A DNA stretch of 64,000 nt, from assembly GCA_050329585.1 (NCBI GenBank), contig JBHJOR010000001.1, positions 5,967 to 69,966 on the forward strand. The letters are read 5' to 3'. A program made the translations under genes and the position numbers. This DNA comes from Candidatus Methylacidiphilales bacterium (GTDB lineage: Bacteria > Verrucomicrobiota > Verrucomicrobiia > Methylacidiphilales > JBCBYL01). A model generated the notes under the pieces. The model made no database searches and had not been told where the DNA came from. It worked only from the letters and a program-made list of their open reading frames with translations. Below, in pieces: positions 41,961 to 50,541 of this stretch (its first letter is position 1; every line of letters begins with the position of its first letter).

Positions 41961-42907
41961 GAATCTGCGACCTGCTGGTTTACGAGTTAGCGGGTTTCGA
42001 TCCGGAGTCCCGGCTGGGGCTGATCGTGCATTTTTTTATTTATGACACGGTTAAGATTTTCACGCTTCTGGCGTTGATGATTTTTGCTATCGGGGTCTTG
42101 CGCACCTGGCTGCCGGAAGAAAGATTGAAAGCGTGGATGGGGCGCGGGGGTATTGGGGGTAACATCGTGGCGGCTTTGTTTGGTGCTATCACTCCTTTTT
42201 GTTCATGCTCCTCGGTTCCTTTGTTTATCAGTTTGCTCAAGGCGGGGGTTCCGCTGGGAGTCACGTTTTCATTTCTGATCACCTCTCCGCTCATCAATGA
42301 ATATCTGGTGGTCTTGATGGCGGCGGAATTTGGTCTGCCCATCACGGTTGCTTACGTGATCAGCGGCCTGTTGACAGGCATCCTTTCCGGAGTGGTTTTA
42401 GGCAGGATGAAACTAGAGCGTTTTCTGGAATCGGATTTACTGACCTCCGCATCCACATCCTCCGAGGGACCACCCCGAGGATGGGGTCGCCTTCGTGCCG
42501 GGTGGGATGAGGCGGTGAGCGTCATCCGTCAGATTTGGCTCTGGGTTCTGGCCGGAGTCGCTCTGGGTTCCTTAATTCATAATCTGGTTCCCCAGGAGTT
42601 TATCCAGAATCTGATGAGTGCCACCGGCGTTTTTTCAGTTCCTCTGGCCACCCTATTGGGCGTTCCGATGTATGGGAGCTGTGCGGCGATCGTGCCGGTG
42701 GCAGTGGTTCTGTTTGAAAAGGGGATCCCACTGGGAACGGCCTTGGCATTTATGATGGCGATGGCGGCACTGAGTTTACCGGAGGCCATCATGCTGCGGC
42801 GCACCATGCGGCTACCCTTAATCGGTTTGTTTTTCCTCATTACGTCCGTGGCGATTATGCTGACCGGTTACGGTTTAAACGCCTTGGTGCCCTTTTTGGT
42901 TGAATGA
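41951..42907 (+). CDS. arsP: ArsP (DUF318) permease
   Basis: [45 protein letters not shown]. Confidence 0.85.
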   Translation: MLLRICDLLVYELAGFDPESRLGLIVHFFIYDTVKIFTLLALMIFAIGVLRTWLPEERLKAWMGRGGIGGNIVAALFGAITPFCSCSSVPLFISLLKAGVPLGVTFSFLITSPLINEYLVVLMAAEFGLPITVAYVISGLLTGILSGVVLGRMKLERFLESDLLTSASTSSEGPPRGWGRLRAGWDEAVSVIRQIWLWVLAGVALGSLIHNLVPQEFIQNLMSATGVFSVPLATLLGVPMYGSCAAIVPVAVVLFEKGIPLGTALAFMMAMAALSLPEAIMLRRTMRLPLIGLFFLITSVAIMLTGYGLNALVPFLVE

Positions 42908-42910
42908 AAA

Positions 42911-42926
42911 GAGGGAAATCTCCCTC
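42911..42926. terminator. Short hairpin between convergent genes
   Basis: GAGGGA-AATC-TCCCTC, preceded by AAAA. Confidence 0.4.
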
Positions 42927-42937
42927 TCCCTTCGCGT

Positions 42938-44011
42938 TCAAGGATGGATCACCACTTCGGTTCCCACGTTGACCCGGCCAAAGAGAGCTTTCGCATTTTC
43001 ATAAGGTAGGCGGATACACCCGTGTGAGGCGGGGTAGCCGGGTAAATTACCGGCATGAAAGCCGATAGCCCCGCAGCTCAGACGGAGAAAAAACGGCATC
43101 GGGGCATCGTCGTAAAGCGTAGAAAACCATTCGCGATGCTTGTTGGTGACCACATATTTACCGGGGGGTGTTTCATAGCCTTTGGCGCCGCTGGAAATGG
43201 GGGATTGAAAAATCACTTCTTCGTTTTTTAGCAGGGCCAGTGATTGTTTTTTCAATGAGACCTCAATGCGGGCGGACGGGGCCTTGTCTTCTTTGAGCCC
43301 CAAAAGGATCTGCATGGAACGGACATGGTGTCCCCTGCCGGCCAACCAGATGGCGGTGGTTTGGTGCTTGTGGGTTTTCGCCCGCCGGTCCGCCCCCGCT
43401 TCCAATAACGTCAGGAGAGCTTCATCCTGCCCGGTAGCCGCCGCCAACATCAACGGCGTCACTCCCTTTTCCTTGCGCAGGTAATACGCGAACGCGGGTG
43501 CATTGACCTTAGAAATGAAGGACTCATCCGCCGGAGTGAGCAATGCTTGATCGGGCAGTGCGCCCGCCGTAAGCAACCTACCTGTTAGACCCTGCCAATG
43601 ATGCGCCAAGGCCCATGCCAGTGCGGATTGATTTTCAAGAGGCGCCTCCTGATCCAATCGCGCTCCCTGATCAAGCAGGAAGATCACGGCTTCTTTCCAA
43701 CCCGCCCCAGCCGCCAGCGTGAGAGGCGTGTTCCCGTTTGCATCGACTAGCGATGGATCGGCACCCGATTTCAGCCATTTCTCCAAACGCGCCAGATCTT
43801 GTTTCTCGACGGCTTGTTGAAACTGAAGTTGTGATTGTTCCGCTTGCTCAGCTTGTATGTCGGCCTGACGAGCTTCGACTTGGGCCTCGCTATGAACGTC
43901 GGGGCTTGGTTGAGTAATCTTATCCTCAGGTGTCGAGCGTTGGCAGGAGAGCAATCCCAAGCAGCCGCACCAGATAGCGGTTGCCAGTAGGGGGGAGCCC
44001 AAGCATCTCAT
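42938..44011 (-). CDS. Ankyrin-repeat L,D-transpeptidase lipoprotein
   Basis: LLSC lipobox; GNTPLTLAA and GVTPLMLAA ankyrin motifs; YkuD ISSG..TP.G, FHAG.LPGYPASHGCIRL. Confidence 0.88.
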   Translation of the reverse strand: MRCLGSPLLATAIWCGCLGLLSCQRSTPEDKITQPSPDVHSEAQVEARQADIQAEQAEQSQLQFQQAVEKQDLARLEKWLKSGADPSLVDANGNTPLTLAAGAGWKEAVIFLLDQGARLDQEAPLENQSALAWALAHHWQGLTGRLLTAGALPDQALLTPADESFISKVNAPAFAYYLRKEKGVTPLMLAAATGQDEALLTLLEAGADRRAKTHKHQTTAIWLAGRGHHVRSMQILLGLKEDKAPSARIEVSLKKQSLALLKNEEVIFQSPISSGAKGYETPPGKYVVTNKHREWFSTLYDDAPMPFFLRLSCGAIGFHAGNLPGYPASHGCIRLPYENAKALFGRVNVGTEVVIHP

Positions 44012-44118
44012 GGGCTTATTCTACCTCAAGCAGGGTTCACAGACTAGTGACCGTTCCGTGACTTTTTTATTTCATTGCGACCACGCAACCATGAGAAATT
44101 CACGACGAGACAAAAAAT

Positions 44119-44508
44119 TCAAGGAATTAGAAAATACTTCTGCACATTCGGATCCAGAATGGCTTCACCCGGAACCCGACCGCCCAAATTAACTTGGTAG
44201 TCGCTGTAGGGGCTCTGAACTTGCCCTCCCTTTTTTATGCCATAGGGCAGGCGCTGACCTTTTAAATCACCCTCGGTGGCGCGTCCCCACGTATATCCGG
44301 CCGCACCACCCACCGCCGCGCCGGTGGCTGCTCCGATCCACCAGCCGTCCGATCCGCCCACCGCCTGACCTATGGCCGCACCGGCGGCCGCTCCCGCTAC
44401 GGTTCCCACCCCGGTTTTGGTTGGGGTTCCGCTTCCGGAACTTCCACAGGAAGCTAAAATAAACCCCAATAATGTGGCTCCCAACCCCCGCAAAAGATAG
44501 TTCGGCAT
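44119..44508 (-). CDS. Glycine-zipper lipoprotein
   Basis: ILASC lipobox; GAAAGAAIG..IGAATGAAVGG. Confidence 0.75.
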   Translation of the reverse strand: MPNYLLRGLGATLLGFILASCGSSGSGTPTKTGVGTVAGAAAGAAIGQAVGGSDGWWIGAATGAAVGGAAGYTWGRATEGDLKGQRLPYGIKKGGQVQSPYSDYQVNLGGRVPGEAILDPNVQKYFLIP

Positions 44509-44672
44509 AGGTTTAAGCTAAGTGCCTGCTTCAAGCCGCCAATGAAAAAAAAAGGAAAAGGTTTGACCTTCGGCCCGTAATTCGGCTTTATACCAGCCCT
44601 ATTTTCCAGAATTGGATCTAAGGAAGATAGGGGCAAGCAACAAGAATAAAGAATAGATCAAGGATAGAAACC

Positions 44673-45323
44673 ATGTCACAACGCATTCAACTCACTGCCA
44701 CTCGCCGCCAACGCACGGGGCGCGGAGGCTCAATTAAAGTCCGGTCGGAGGGCCACGTTCCCGCTGTGCTTTACGGAGCTGGTGAACCACAATCCCTGCA
44801 AGTCTCGGCCGTCTCGTTCATCGAAGCCTTACAATCGGTTGAATCCGAAAACGTGCTGGTCAACCTTCACATTGAAGGCGAAGGTGCGTCCGCAAAAACC
44901 CACCTGGCCCTGATTCAGGAAGTTCAGCACCATCCGATCAAGGACACTGTGTTACACATCGATTTTCATGAAGTCCGCCAGGATCAAAAAATCCAGGCAC
45001 ACGTGCCCATCCATGAAGAAGGCGTGGCCGATGGGGTCAAAAATAGCGGCGGCATTCTGGATCACCTGATCCGGAGTTTACATATCGAATGCCTTCCCAA
45101 TGACTTGCCTTCCCACGTCACCGTGGACGTCTCCGGCCTCAAACTGGGTGAATCCATCTTGGTCAAGGATCTGCAGTTGCCCTCCGGTGTTTCGGCGGTT
45201 CAAGACGCTGATCTTCCGGTTTTCATGGTTCACGCACCACGGGTGCAAGCCGATGACGCTGCGGCGGCAGATGCGGTTAAGGAACCGGAAGTCATTACCA
45301 AGAAGAAGACGGAAGAGGAATAA
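44673..45323 (+). CDS. rplY: 50S ribosomal protein bL25 (Ctc-type)
   Basis: VPAVLYG, EVQHHP, HIDF, GV..GGIL. Confidence 0.95.
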   Translation: MSQRIQLTATRRQRTGRGGSIKVRSEGHVPAVLYGAGEPQSLQVSAVSFIEALQSVESENVLVNLHIEGEGASAKTHLALIQEVQHHPIKDTVLHIDFHEVRQDQKIQAHVPIHEEGVADGVKNSGGILDHLIRSLHIECLPNDLPSHVTVDVSGLKLGESILVKDLQLPSGVSAVQDADLPVFMVHAPRVQADDAAAADAVKEPEVITKKKTEEE

Positions 45324-45350
45324 ACGGCCTGCGTCGGCCCGGCGAATACG

Positions 45351-45956
45351 GTGGAAACTCTCACACCGCATTTCCCGATGGTGGTCGGATTGGGCAATCC
45401 CGGCCCGAACTACATTGGCACCCGACACAACTTTGGTTTCGCGGTGCTGGATAGCATGGCCGATGCGGAGGGTTTGAGTTGGAAACGTGCTCAGTGGGCT
45501 GACGCGTTGACTTGTAGAAGAAGAGATGGCAGCTGGTTGGTGAAGCCGACCACCTACATGAACCTTTCAGGCCGGGCGGTGAGGCAGGGATTAGCGTGGT
45601 TCCGTTGGGAACCGGCACAGATTTTGGTGGTGGTCGATGACCTCCATCTGGCATTGGGCACGTTGAGATTGCGTCCGGCGGGTTCGTCGGGCGGTCACAA
45701 CGGACTGAAGTCGATTGAAGCGGAGCTGGGCACCACCCGCTATGCAAGGCTGCGCGGCGGGGTGGGCGCCACGGAGGGAGCAGACACGGGCTCCTCTCCT
45801 CATGCTGGAGAATGGAAAGGTCACGTGCTGGGAAAATTTGAAAGAAACGAACTAAACATTATGGAAGATGCAGTGGAACGCGCGGCACGTATAGTGCTGC
45901 TTGCGCAACAGTCCGGTCTGCAGATCGCCATGAACCAAGCCAACCAAACAATATGA
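45351..45956 (+). CDS. pth: Peptidyl-tRNA hydrolase
   Basis: VGLGNPG..Y..TRHN.GF, KP.TYMNLSG, GGHNGLKS. Confidence 0.95.
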   Translation: METLTPHFPMVVGLGNPGPNYIGTRHNFGFAVLDSMADAEGLSWKRAQWADALTCRRRDGSWLVKPTTYMNLSGRAVRQGLAWFRWEPAQILVVVDDLHLALGTLRLRPAGSSGGHNGLKSIEAELGTTRYARLRGGVGATEGADTGSSPHAGEWKGHVLGKFERNELNIMEDAVERAARIVLLAQQSGLQIAMNQANQTI

Positions 45957-46261
45957 AACATTACTACGAAGCCACCTACATTCTGAACATCGAAGGTAAA
46001 GAAGAAGGAATCGACACCATGGCCGATGTCCTGAAAAAAACCATCGAATCACTGGAAGGAAAAGTCGTTTCCACCCGCAAAATGGATCAACGCCGCTTTG
46101 AGCGTGTAGCCGGCAAACTGTCGGCAGGGTATTACCTTTGCCTGGGATTTGAACTCGACAGCCAAAAACTCTCCAGTCTCGAAGAGAAGTTTATTCATGA
46201 CGATCGTGTTTACCGCCAGTTTTACCTCAAAGCAGAACGCAAAACACCTGTCGTAGCTTAA
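45953..46261 (+). CDS. rpsF: 30S ribosomal protein bS6
   Basis: YEATYIL, GYY..F; position between pth and ssb. Confidence 0.88.
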   Translation: MKHYYEATYILNIEGKEEGIDTMADVLKKTIESLEGKVVSTRKMDQRRFERVAGKLSAGYYLCLGFELDSQKLSSLEEKFIHDDRVYRQFYLKAERKTPVVA

Positions 46262-46315
46262 TCAGGTTGTCATTGACGCTAGTTACTACTTTCCCCGAAT
46301 TCTTAACCTCAAAAC

Positions 46316-46783
46316 ATGTCATCGCTGAACAAAGTCATGCTGATCGGGAACCTGACGCGGGATCCCGAAGTGCGCCATACCCCCAAAGGCACGGCGGTGG
46401 GAGACTTTGGTTTAGCCATGAATTCATCCTATCGCGCTCAGGACGGCACCGAGAAAGAGGAAGTCTGTTACGTCGATGTCGAGGTATGGGGCCGTCAGGC
46501 AGAGACCTGTAAGGATTACCTTTCCAAAGGCAGGCAAGTCTTTATTGAGGGACGCCTTCAGCTCGACCAATGGACTACCCCACAAGGTGAGAAACGCAGC
46601 CGCCTTCGAGTGCGTGCTGAGCGGGTTCAGTTCCTCGGCTCGGCCTCGGGTGCGGGCGGTTCAGCTCCCCGTAAAAGCAGCGGTTATTCCCGCTCCTCCG
46701 ATCCGGGTGATTCACAAGAGACTCCTCCACCCCGTGAAGATTTTACTTCCGATCACAATGATGATGACGAAATTCCGTTTTAA
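46316..46783 (+). CDS. ssb: Single-stranded DNA-binding protein
   Basis: NKVMLIGNLTRDPE; C-terminal DDEIPF. Confidence 0.97.
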   Translation: MSSLNKVMLIGNLTRDPEVRHTPKGTAVGDFGLAMNSSYRAQDGTEKEEVCYVDVEVWGRQAETCKDYLSKGRQVFIEGRLQLDQWTTPQGEKRSRLRVRAERVQFLGSASGAGGSAPRKSSGYSRSSDPGDSQETPPPREDFTSDHNDDDEIPF

Positions 46784-46844
46784 CCCACATCCGTAAACCA
46801 ACACGACACCCCATAAGGTAAGAAAAAAGAAGAAAGAGAACTAT

Positions 46845-47363
46845 ATGCCCGTAGAAATCATTTTAAAAGAACGCGTCCAAGGGCTGGGCGCTGAAGCCGA
46901 TATCGTTCGAGTCAAAGCCGGTTACGCCCGGAACTTTCTCATTCCGAGAAAGCTGGCCGCACCTGCCACCGCCGCTGGAAAAAAAGAGATCGAATCTCTG
47001 CGCAAACGCCGCGCCGATCGTGAAGCGTCCGAGCTACAATCCAATCAAGCACTGGCTGCAGCTCTTAACAAGGTAACCATCACCTTCCAAATGGAGGCGG
47101 CTGAAGGCTCCAGCAAGCTCTTCGGATCGGTCACCGCCCAAGATATCGTGGAGCGTCTGGCCACCCTAGGTCACACCGTTGAACGCAAAAAAATCAACTT
47201 GCCCCAGCCTCTCAAGGAGCTGGGCGAATCGAAAATTGAGGTGAATTTCGGCATGGACATCAAAGCTAGCTTCAAAGTCGTGCTGGAACGCGCCCAGAGC
47301 GAAGAACCGGCTGCCCGGGAAGAAGAGGAAGAAGCCCCCAAGCGCAAGCCCAGAAAACGCTGA
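46845..47363 (+). CDS. rplI: 50S ribosomal protein bL9
   Basis: VKAGYARNFLIP, KLFGSVT..DI. Confidence 0.96.
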   Translation: MPVEIILKERVQGLGAEADIVRVKAGYARNFLIPRKLAAPATAAGKKEIESLRKRRADREASELQSNQALAAALNKVTITFQMEAAEGSSKLFGSVTAQDIVERLATLGHTVERKKINLPQPLKELGESKIEVNFGMDIKASFKVVLERAQSEEPAAREEEEEAPKRKPRKR

Positions 47364-47369
47364 GCTCAC

Positions 47370-47392
47370 GTTCAGAGTCATTCTCTCTGAAC
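47370..47392. terminator. Hairpin between convergent rplI and dtd
   Basis: Perfect 8-bp stem GTTCAGAG / CTCTGAAC. Confidence 0.45.
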
Positions 47393-47429
47393 TCCATTAC
47401 TCTCTGGCTCTGAGCAACATGCTGCTGGC

Positions 47430-47882
47430 TTAATCGCGGGCGTGTGAGTCCAGCATCAGAGTGATCGGTCCGTCGTTATCAAGGATCACATTCATGTGGG
47501 CACCAAACGTCCCACATGACAAGCGGGCTCCATATTCCCGGAGAACATTTAACAACTCCTGATAGAGGGGTTCGGCGATGCCAGGCGGCGCGGCGCGGTG
47601 ATAGGAAGGTTTCGTCCCCTTTTTGAAACTCGCGTGCAGGGTGAATTGGCTGACCACCATTACTTCTCCTCCGATTTCCTGAACTGAGGCTGGTGAAGGG
47701 GGGTTTTGTTCAGATTCAAACACTTTCAGTTTGAGTATTTTCTCTGCCAGCCATGTGGCATCCGCGTTTTGATCACTGTGGGTGATTCCTAGAAAAACGA
47801 CCCACCCCCTGCGGATGCTCGCTACGTGCTCCCCGTTAACCTGTAGATCGGCTTTTCGAACCCGTTGTAATAGAGCGCGCAT
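47430..47882 (-). CDS. dtd: D-aminoacyl-tRNA deacylase
   Basis: MRALLQRV, VSQFTL, FGA.M.V...NDGPIT. Confidence 0.95.
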   Translation of the reverse strand: MRALLQRVRKADLQVNGEHVASIRRGWVVFLGITHSDQNADATWLAEKILKLKVFESEQNPPSPASVQEIGGEVMVVSQFTLHASFKKGTKPSYHRAAPPGIAEPLYQELLNVLREYGARLSCGTFGAHMNVILDNDGPITLMLDSHARD

Positions 47883-47951
47883 ACTTTATCTTCTACCCTC
47901 TGAGGCAAGCTGAATGAAACGGTAACCGTGTAGTCCGTTGATTCTACCCGC

Positions 47952-48005
47952 AGTCAGCTCAAACGAATCGTGGCGGAACTGGTCGTGCAGAACAACAGCT
48001 TGAAG
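47952..48005 (+). mobile_element. Possible IS3-family OrfA leucine-zipper remnant
   Basis: Translates SQLKRIVAELVVQNNSLK in an otherwise non-coding gap. Confidence 0.25.
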
Positions 48006-48008
48006 TTT

Positions 48009-49091
48009 TCAAGCTATCGCACCGGATAAGGAGCGAATGAGCTGGGTTTCTTCCTGATCGTAAGGCATTCCGTTTGCATGAAGGACATCATGGAACCACG
48101 GTTCCGGTTCGTCCGCTCCTTCCGGACTGCCCCAAGGAAAAATCGTATTGCTTTTGCCCGAAACAAATCCCCAGTTGTAGGCGGCCACTTTTTTCTTATG
48201 CAGTAGGGGCAGGCAGGTTTGGAAAAGACTGCCGCGGGTGCGGGCCATATATTCGGTGCACCAAAGCGGTCGCCCCAGCTCAAGTAGTTGATCCACCTTA
48301 GCACTCAAGGTTTCAGCCGTTCCGTAATGGTGGAAGGATAGAATATCCGAGTTTTTTAATGCGATGCGCTGAGCATTCAAGAGCGCAAGGTCGGCTGAAG
48401 CTAAGGCCTGCTCGTCGTGCTCCAGAAGCGGATCTGTTTCATATTGCCAGATGCCCACAGTGACCGGCTGCTGAGGAGATGCAGAGCGGGCCCACTCAAA
48501 TACCAACCCGGTCAACTCGGCTGAACAGGCGGCTTTAGAGGGCGGATCACCCGTATCGAAACTGCAGTTACAAGGCTCATTATACAAATCCCAAGCCAGC
48601 ACGCGCTCGTCCTGCCCATAGCGGCCCAATACATCTAAAACATACCTTTCAAGCTCTTTCCAGCACCCCCGATCACACAGCACATCTGCTGCGGGGCTTT
48701 GCGCCCAGCCGGAGTTGTGGATACCAGGCCGCGGCGCCGGTTGCTGTCCTGGCACTGGGTAGGGACGATGGCAGGCGTCGAAAAAAACTAAGAGTGGACG
48801 GATAGTGCGCGACTCACACAAATCTAGAAAATCATCTAGGCGACTTAGAAAGCCTTTCTGATCCGTTTTCCACGCTATATCGTGCAAGAAAATCCGATGG
48901 GTATTCATGCCGACTTCGGCCGACCACTCCAGCTCTCGCTCCAGTATCGGGCGGTGGCGGTCGTAGTCGTCCGGCTGGAACATCTCCAGCTGGTTGATCG
49001 CGCTACTGGGGATGAAATTGGAACCTAATAACCACGGCTGTTTGTCTGCCCATGCGTGGGCTGTTTCAGGACTCCAAAGGGTAGATGACAT
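48009..49091 (-). CDS. Clan GH-A glycoside hydrolase (GH5-like)
   Basis: WDLYNEP acid/base motif, SFHHY, CTEYMAR nucleophile motif; no signal peptide. Confidence 0.85.
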   Translation of the reverse strand: MSSTLWSPETAHAWADKQPWLLGSNFIPSSAINQLEMFQPDDYDRHRPILERELEWSAEVGMNTHRIFLHDIAWKTDQKGFLSRLDDFLDLCESRTIRPLLVFFDACHRPYPVPGQQPAPRPGIHNSGWAQSPAADVLCDRGCWKELERYVLDVLGRYGQDERVLAWDLYNEPCNCSFDTGDPPSKAACSAELTGLVFEWARSASPQQPVTVGIWQYETDPLLEHDEQALASADLALLNAQRIALKNSDILSFHHYGTAETLSAKVDQLLELGRPLWCTEYMARTRGSLFQTCLPLLHKKKVAAYNWGFVSGKSNTIFPWGSPEGADEPEPWFHDVLHANGMPYDQEETQLIRSLSGAIA

Positions 49092-49164
49092 AATCTAGTA
49101 ATAAGAGCCTAAAGAAGCGTTGCCAACACCAGAATCCGGTGTAAGGCTAACAGCGCACACAGTT

Positions 49165-49260
49165 GCGTCGATGAACCACAACCACTGTTCAGGAGATCTT
49201 CTCATCGATATCCACAGAATTTCTCTGAAACTCACATTCACAATCCTGACGGATTGGACT
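49165..49260 (-). pseudogene. Possible degraded fragment of an LpxL/HtrB-family acyltransferase C-terminus
   Basis: MRRSPEQWLW followed, after a 1-nt shift, by HRR. Confidence 0.3.
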
Positions 49261-49466
49261 CGCAGTCTGCCCGCCAGCTTTCAAGTGCCTCAAGTGCCCA
49301 TATCTATTTCAATAAAGGCGGTAAACCCGTCAAGGTTCGCCCTACCGAGAATTTTTGAACTCAAGGCCTAGACGTTGGAAACTCTCGGCCTTGAGCTTAA
49401 TTAGCCATGACTCAAGAAACATTTGGGGGATGTAAAGAGGTGTTCAGAACGCCTCCACACTCGGGG

Positions 49467-50423
49467 TCAACCCTTGAGCTGCCAACTCAGGAATCCGATG
49501 TAGCCCACATAAGCCGCCAGCAGCAGCCCCCCTTCAAGACGTGTGATGCGGTAGCCGCTTTTCATAATCGGCAGCAAACAAAGGCTGAACAACGCGAAAA
49601 GTATTAGATCGATTGAGGTCACACCGTCATTGATGAGCGGCTTAAGCATGGATGAGGTTCCAAGAATTCCGGCTATATTGAAAATGTTAGAGCCGATTAG
49701 GTTTCCTACCAGTAAATCGACTTCTTTTTTCCATGCGGCCACCACACTGGTGGCCAGTTCAGGCAGACTGGTTCCCAATGCTACGATGGTCAGTCCTATA
49801 AAGACTTGAGGAGCACCCAGCTTGGTCGCAATAGAAATCGCGGCGGTCACCATCAGCTCCGCTCCCAAAACGAGGATACCCAATCCTCCCACCAGCAGTG
49901 CGGCATCAATTCCCCAGTGGCGCCCCAGTTGAACGGATACCGATTCGATTTCTTCGGCGGTCGCTGTGTCGCCCGATTTTTTCGCTACCCTTACGGTATA
50001 GACGACATAAGCCACCAGAAATACTAATAAAAGCACTCCCTCCCAACGGGCAATGCTTCCATCATACAGAAAATAGATGGTGACAAAGGTCAGCCCCAAC
50101 ATGACCGGTATTTCGCGTCGAATAATGGAACGTTGAACCGCGAGAGGAAAGATGATGGCTGAAAGGCCGAGAATGAGCCCACTGTTGGCAATATTCGAAC
50201 CAATGACGTTGCCAATGGCAATGGCTCCGTTTCCTTGCCATGCGGCTTTGACACTCACCACCAGTTCCGGACTGCTGGTGCTGAAGGCCAGCACGGTGAG
50301 CCCCACCACCAGTGGCGAGATTCCTGCTCGCAACGATAAGGCGGTGGCACCGCGCACCAAACCCTCCGCGCCGAAGAAGAGCAGCAATAAGCCAGCCAGA
50401 AGAAGTGAGAAATCACTGATCAT
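49467..50423 (-). CDS. Calcium/sodium antiporter (YrbG-like, CaCA family)
   Basis: Two alpha repeats: TSSPE..GNVIGSNIAN and GTSLPE..GNLIGSNIFN. Confidence 0.93.
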   Translation of the reverse strand: MISDFSLLLAGLLLLFFGAEGLVRGATALSLRAGISPLVVGLTVLAFSTSSPELVVSVKAAWQGNGAIAIGNVIGSNIANSGLILGLSAIIFPLAVQRSIIRREIPVMLGLTFVTIYFLYDGSIARWEGVLLLVFLVAYVVYTVRVAKKSGDTATAEEIESVSVQLGRHWGIDAALLVGGLGILVLGAELMVTAAISIATKLGAPQVFIGLTIVALGTSLPELATSVVAAWKKEVDLLVGNLIGSNIFNIAGILGTSSMLKPLINDGVTSIDLILFALFSLCLLPIMKSGYRITRLEGGLLLAAYVGYIGFLSWQLKG

Positions 50424-50541
50424 GCAATGGATGAAATGTTTGTGAAATCTAAGCGGGTGATCGAAGGTATTCGATTACCTGCTTTGTCCTATGAGGAAAC
50501 AACGTGCGCTTCAACCGGAGCGTGTCAAGCCGACGCTTGTT

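Noticed and set aside
46784-46844. rpsR missing from the rpsF-ssb-rplI cluster
   Set aside because: Gap is too small for a remnant; most likely rpsR is encoded elsewhere as a lineage trait
49120-49371. 83-aa plus-strand ORF in the intergenic gap
   Set aside because: TTG start with no motif or initiation signal; likely spurious
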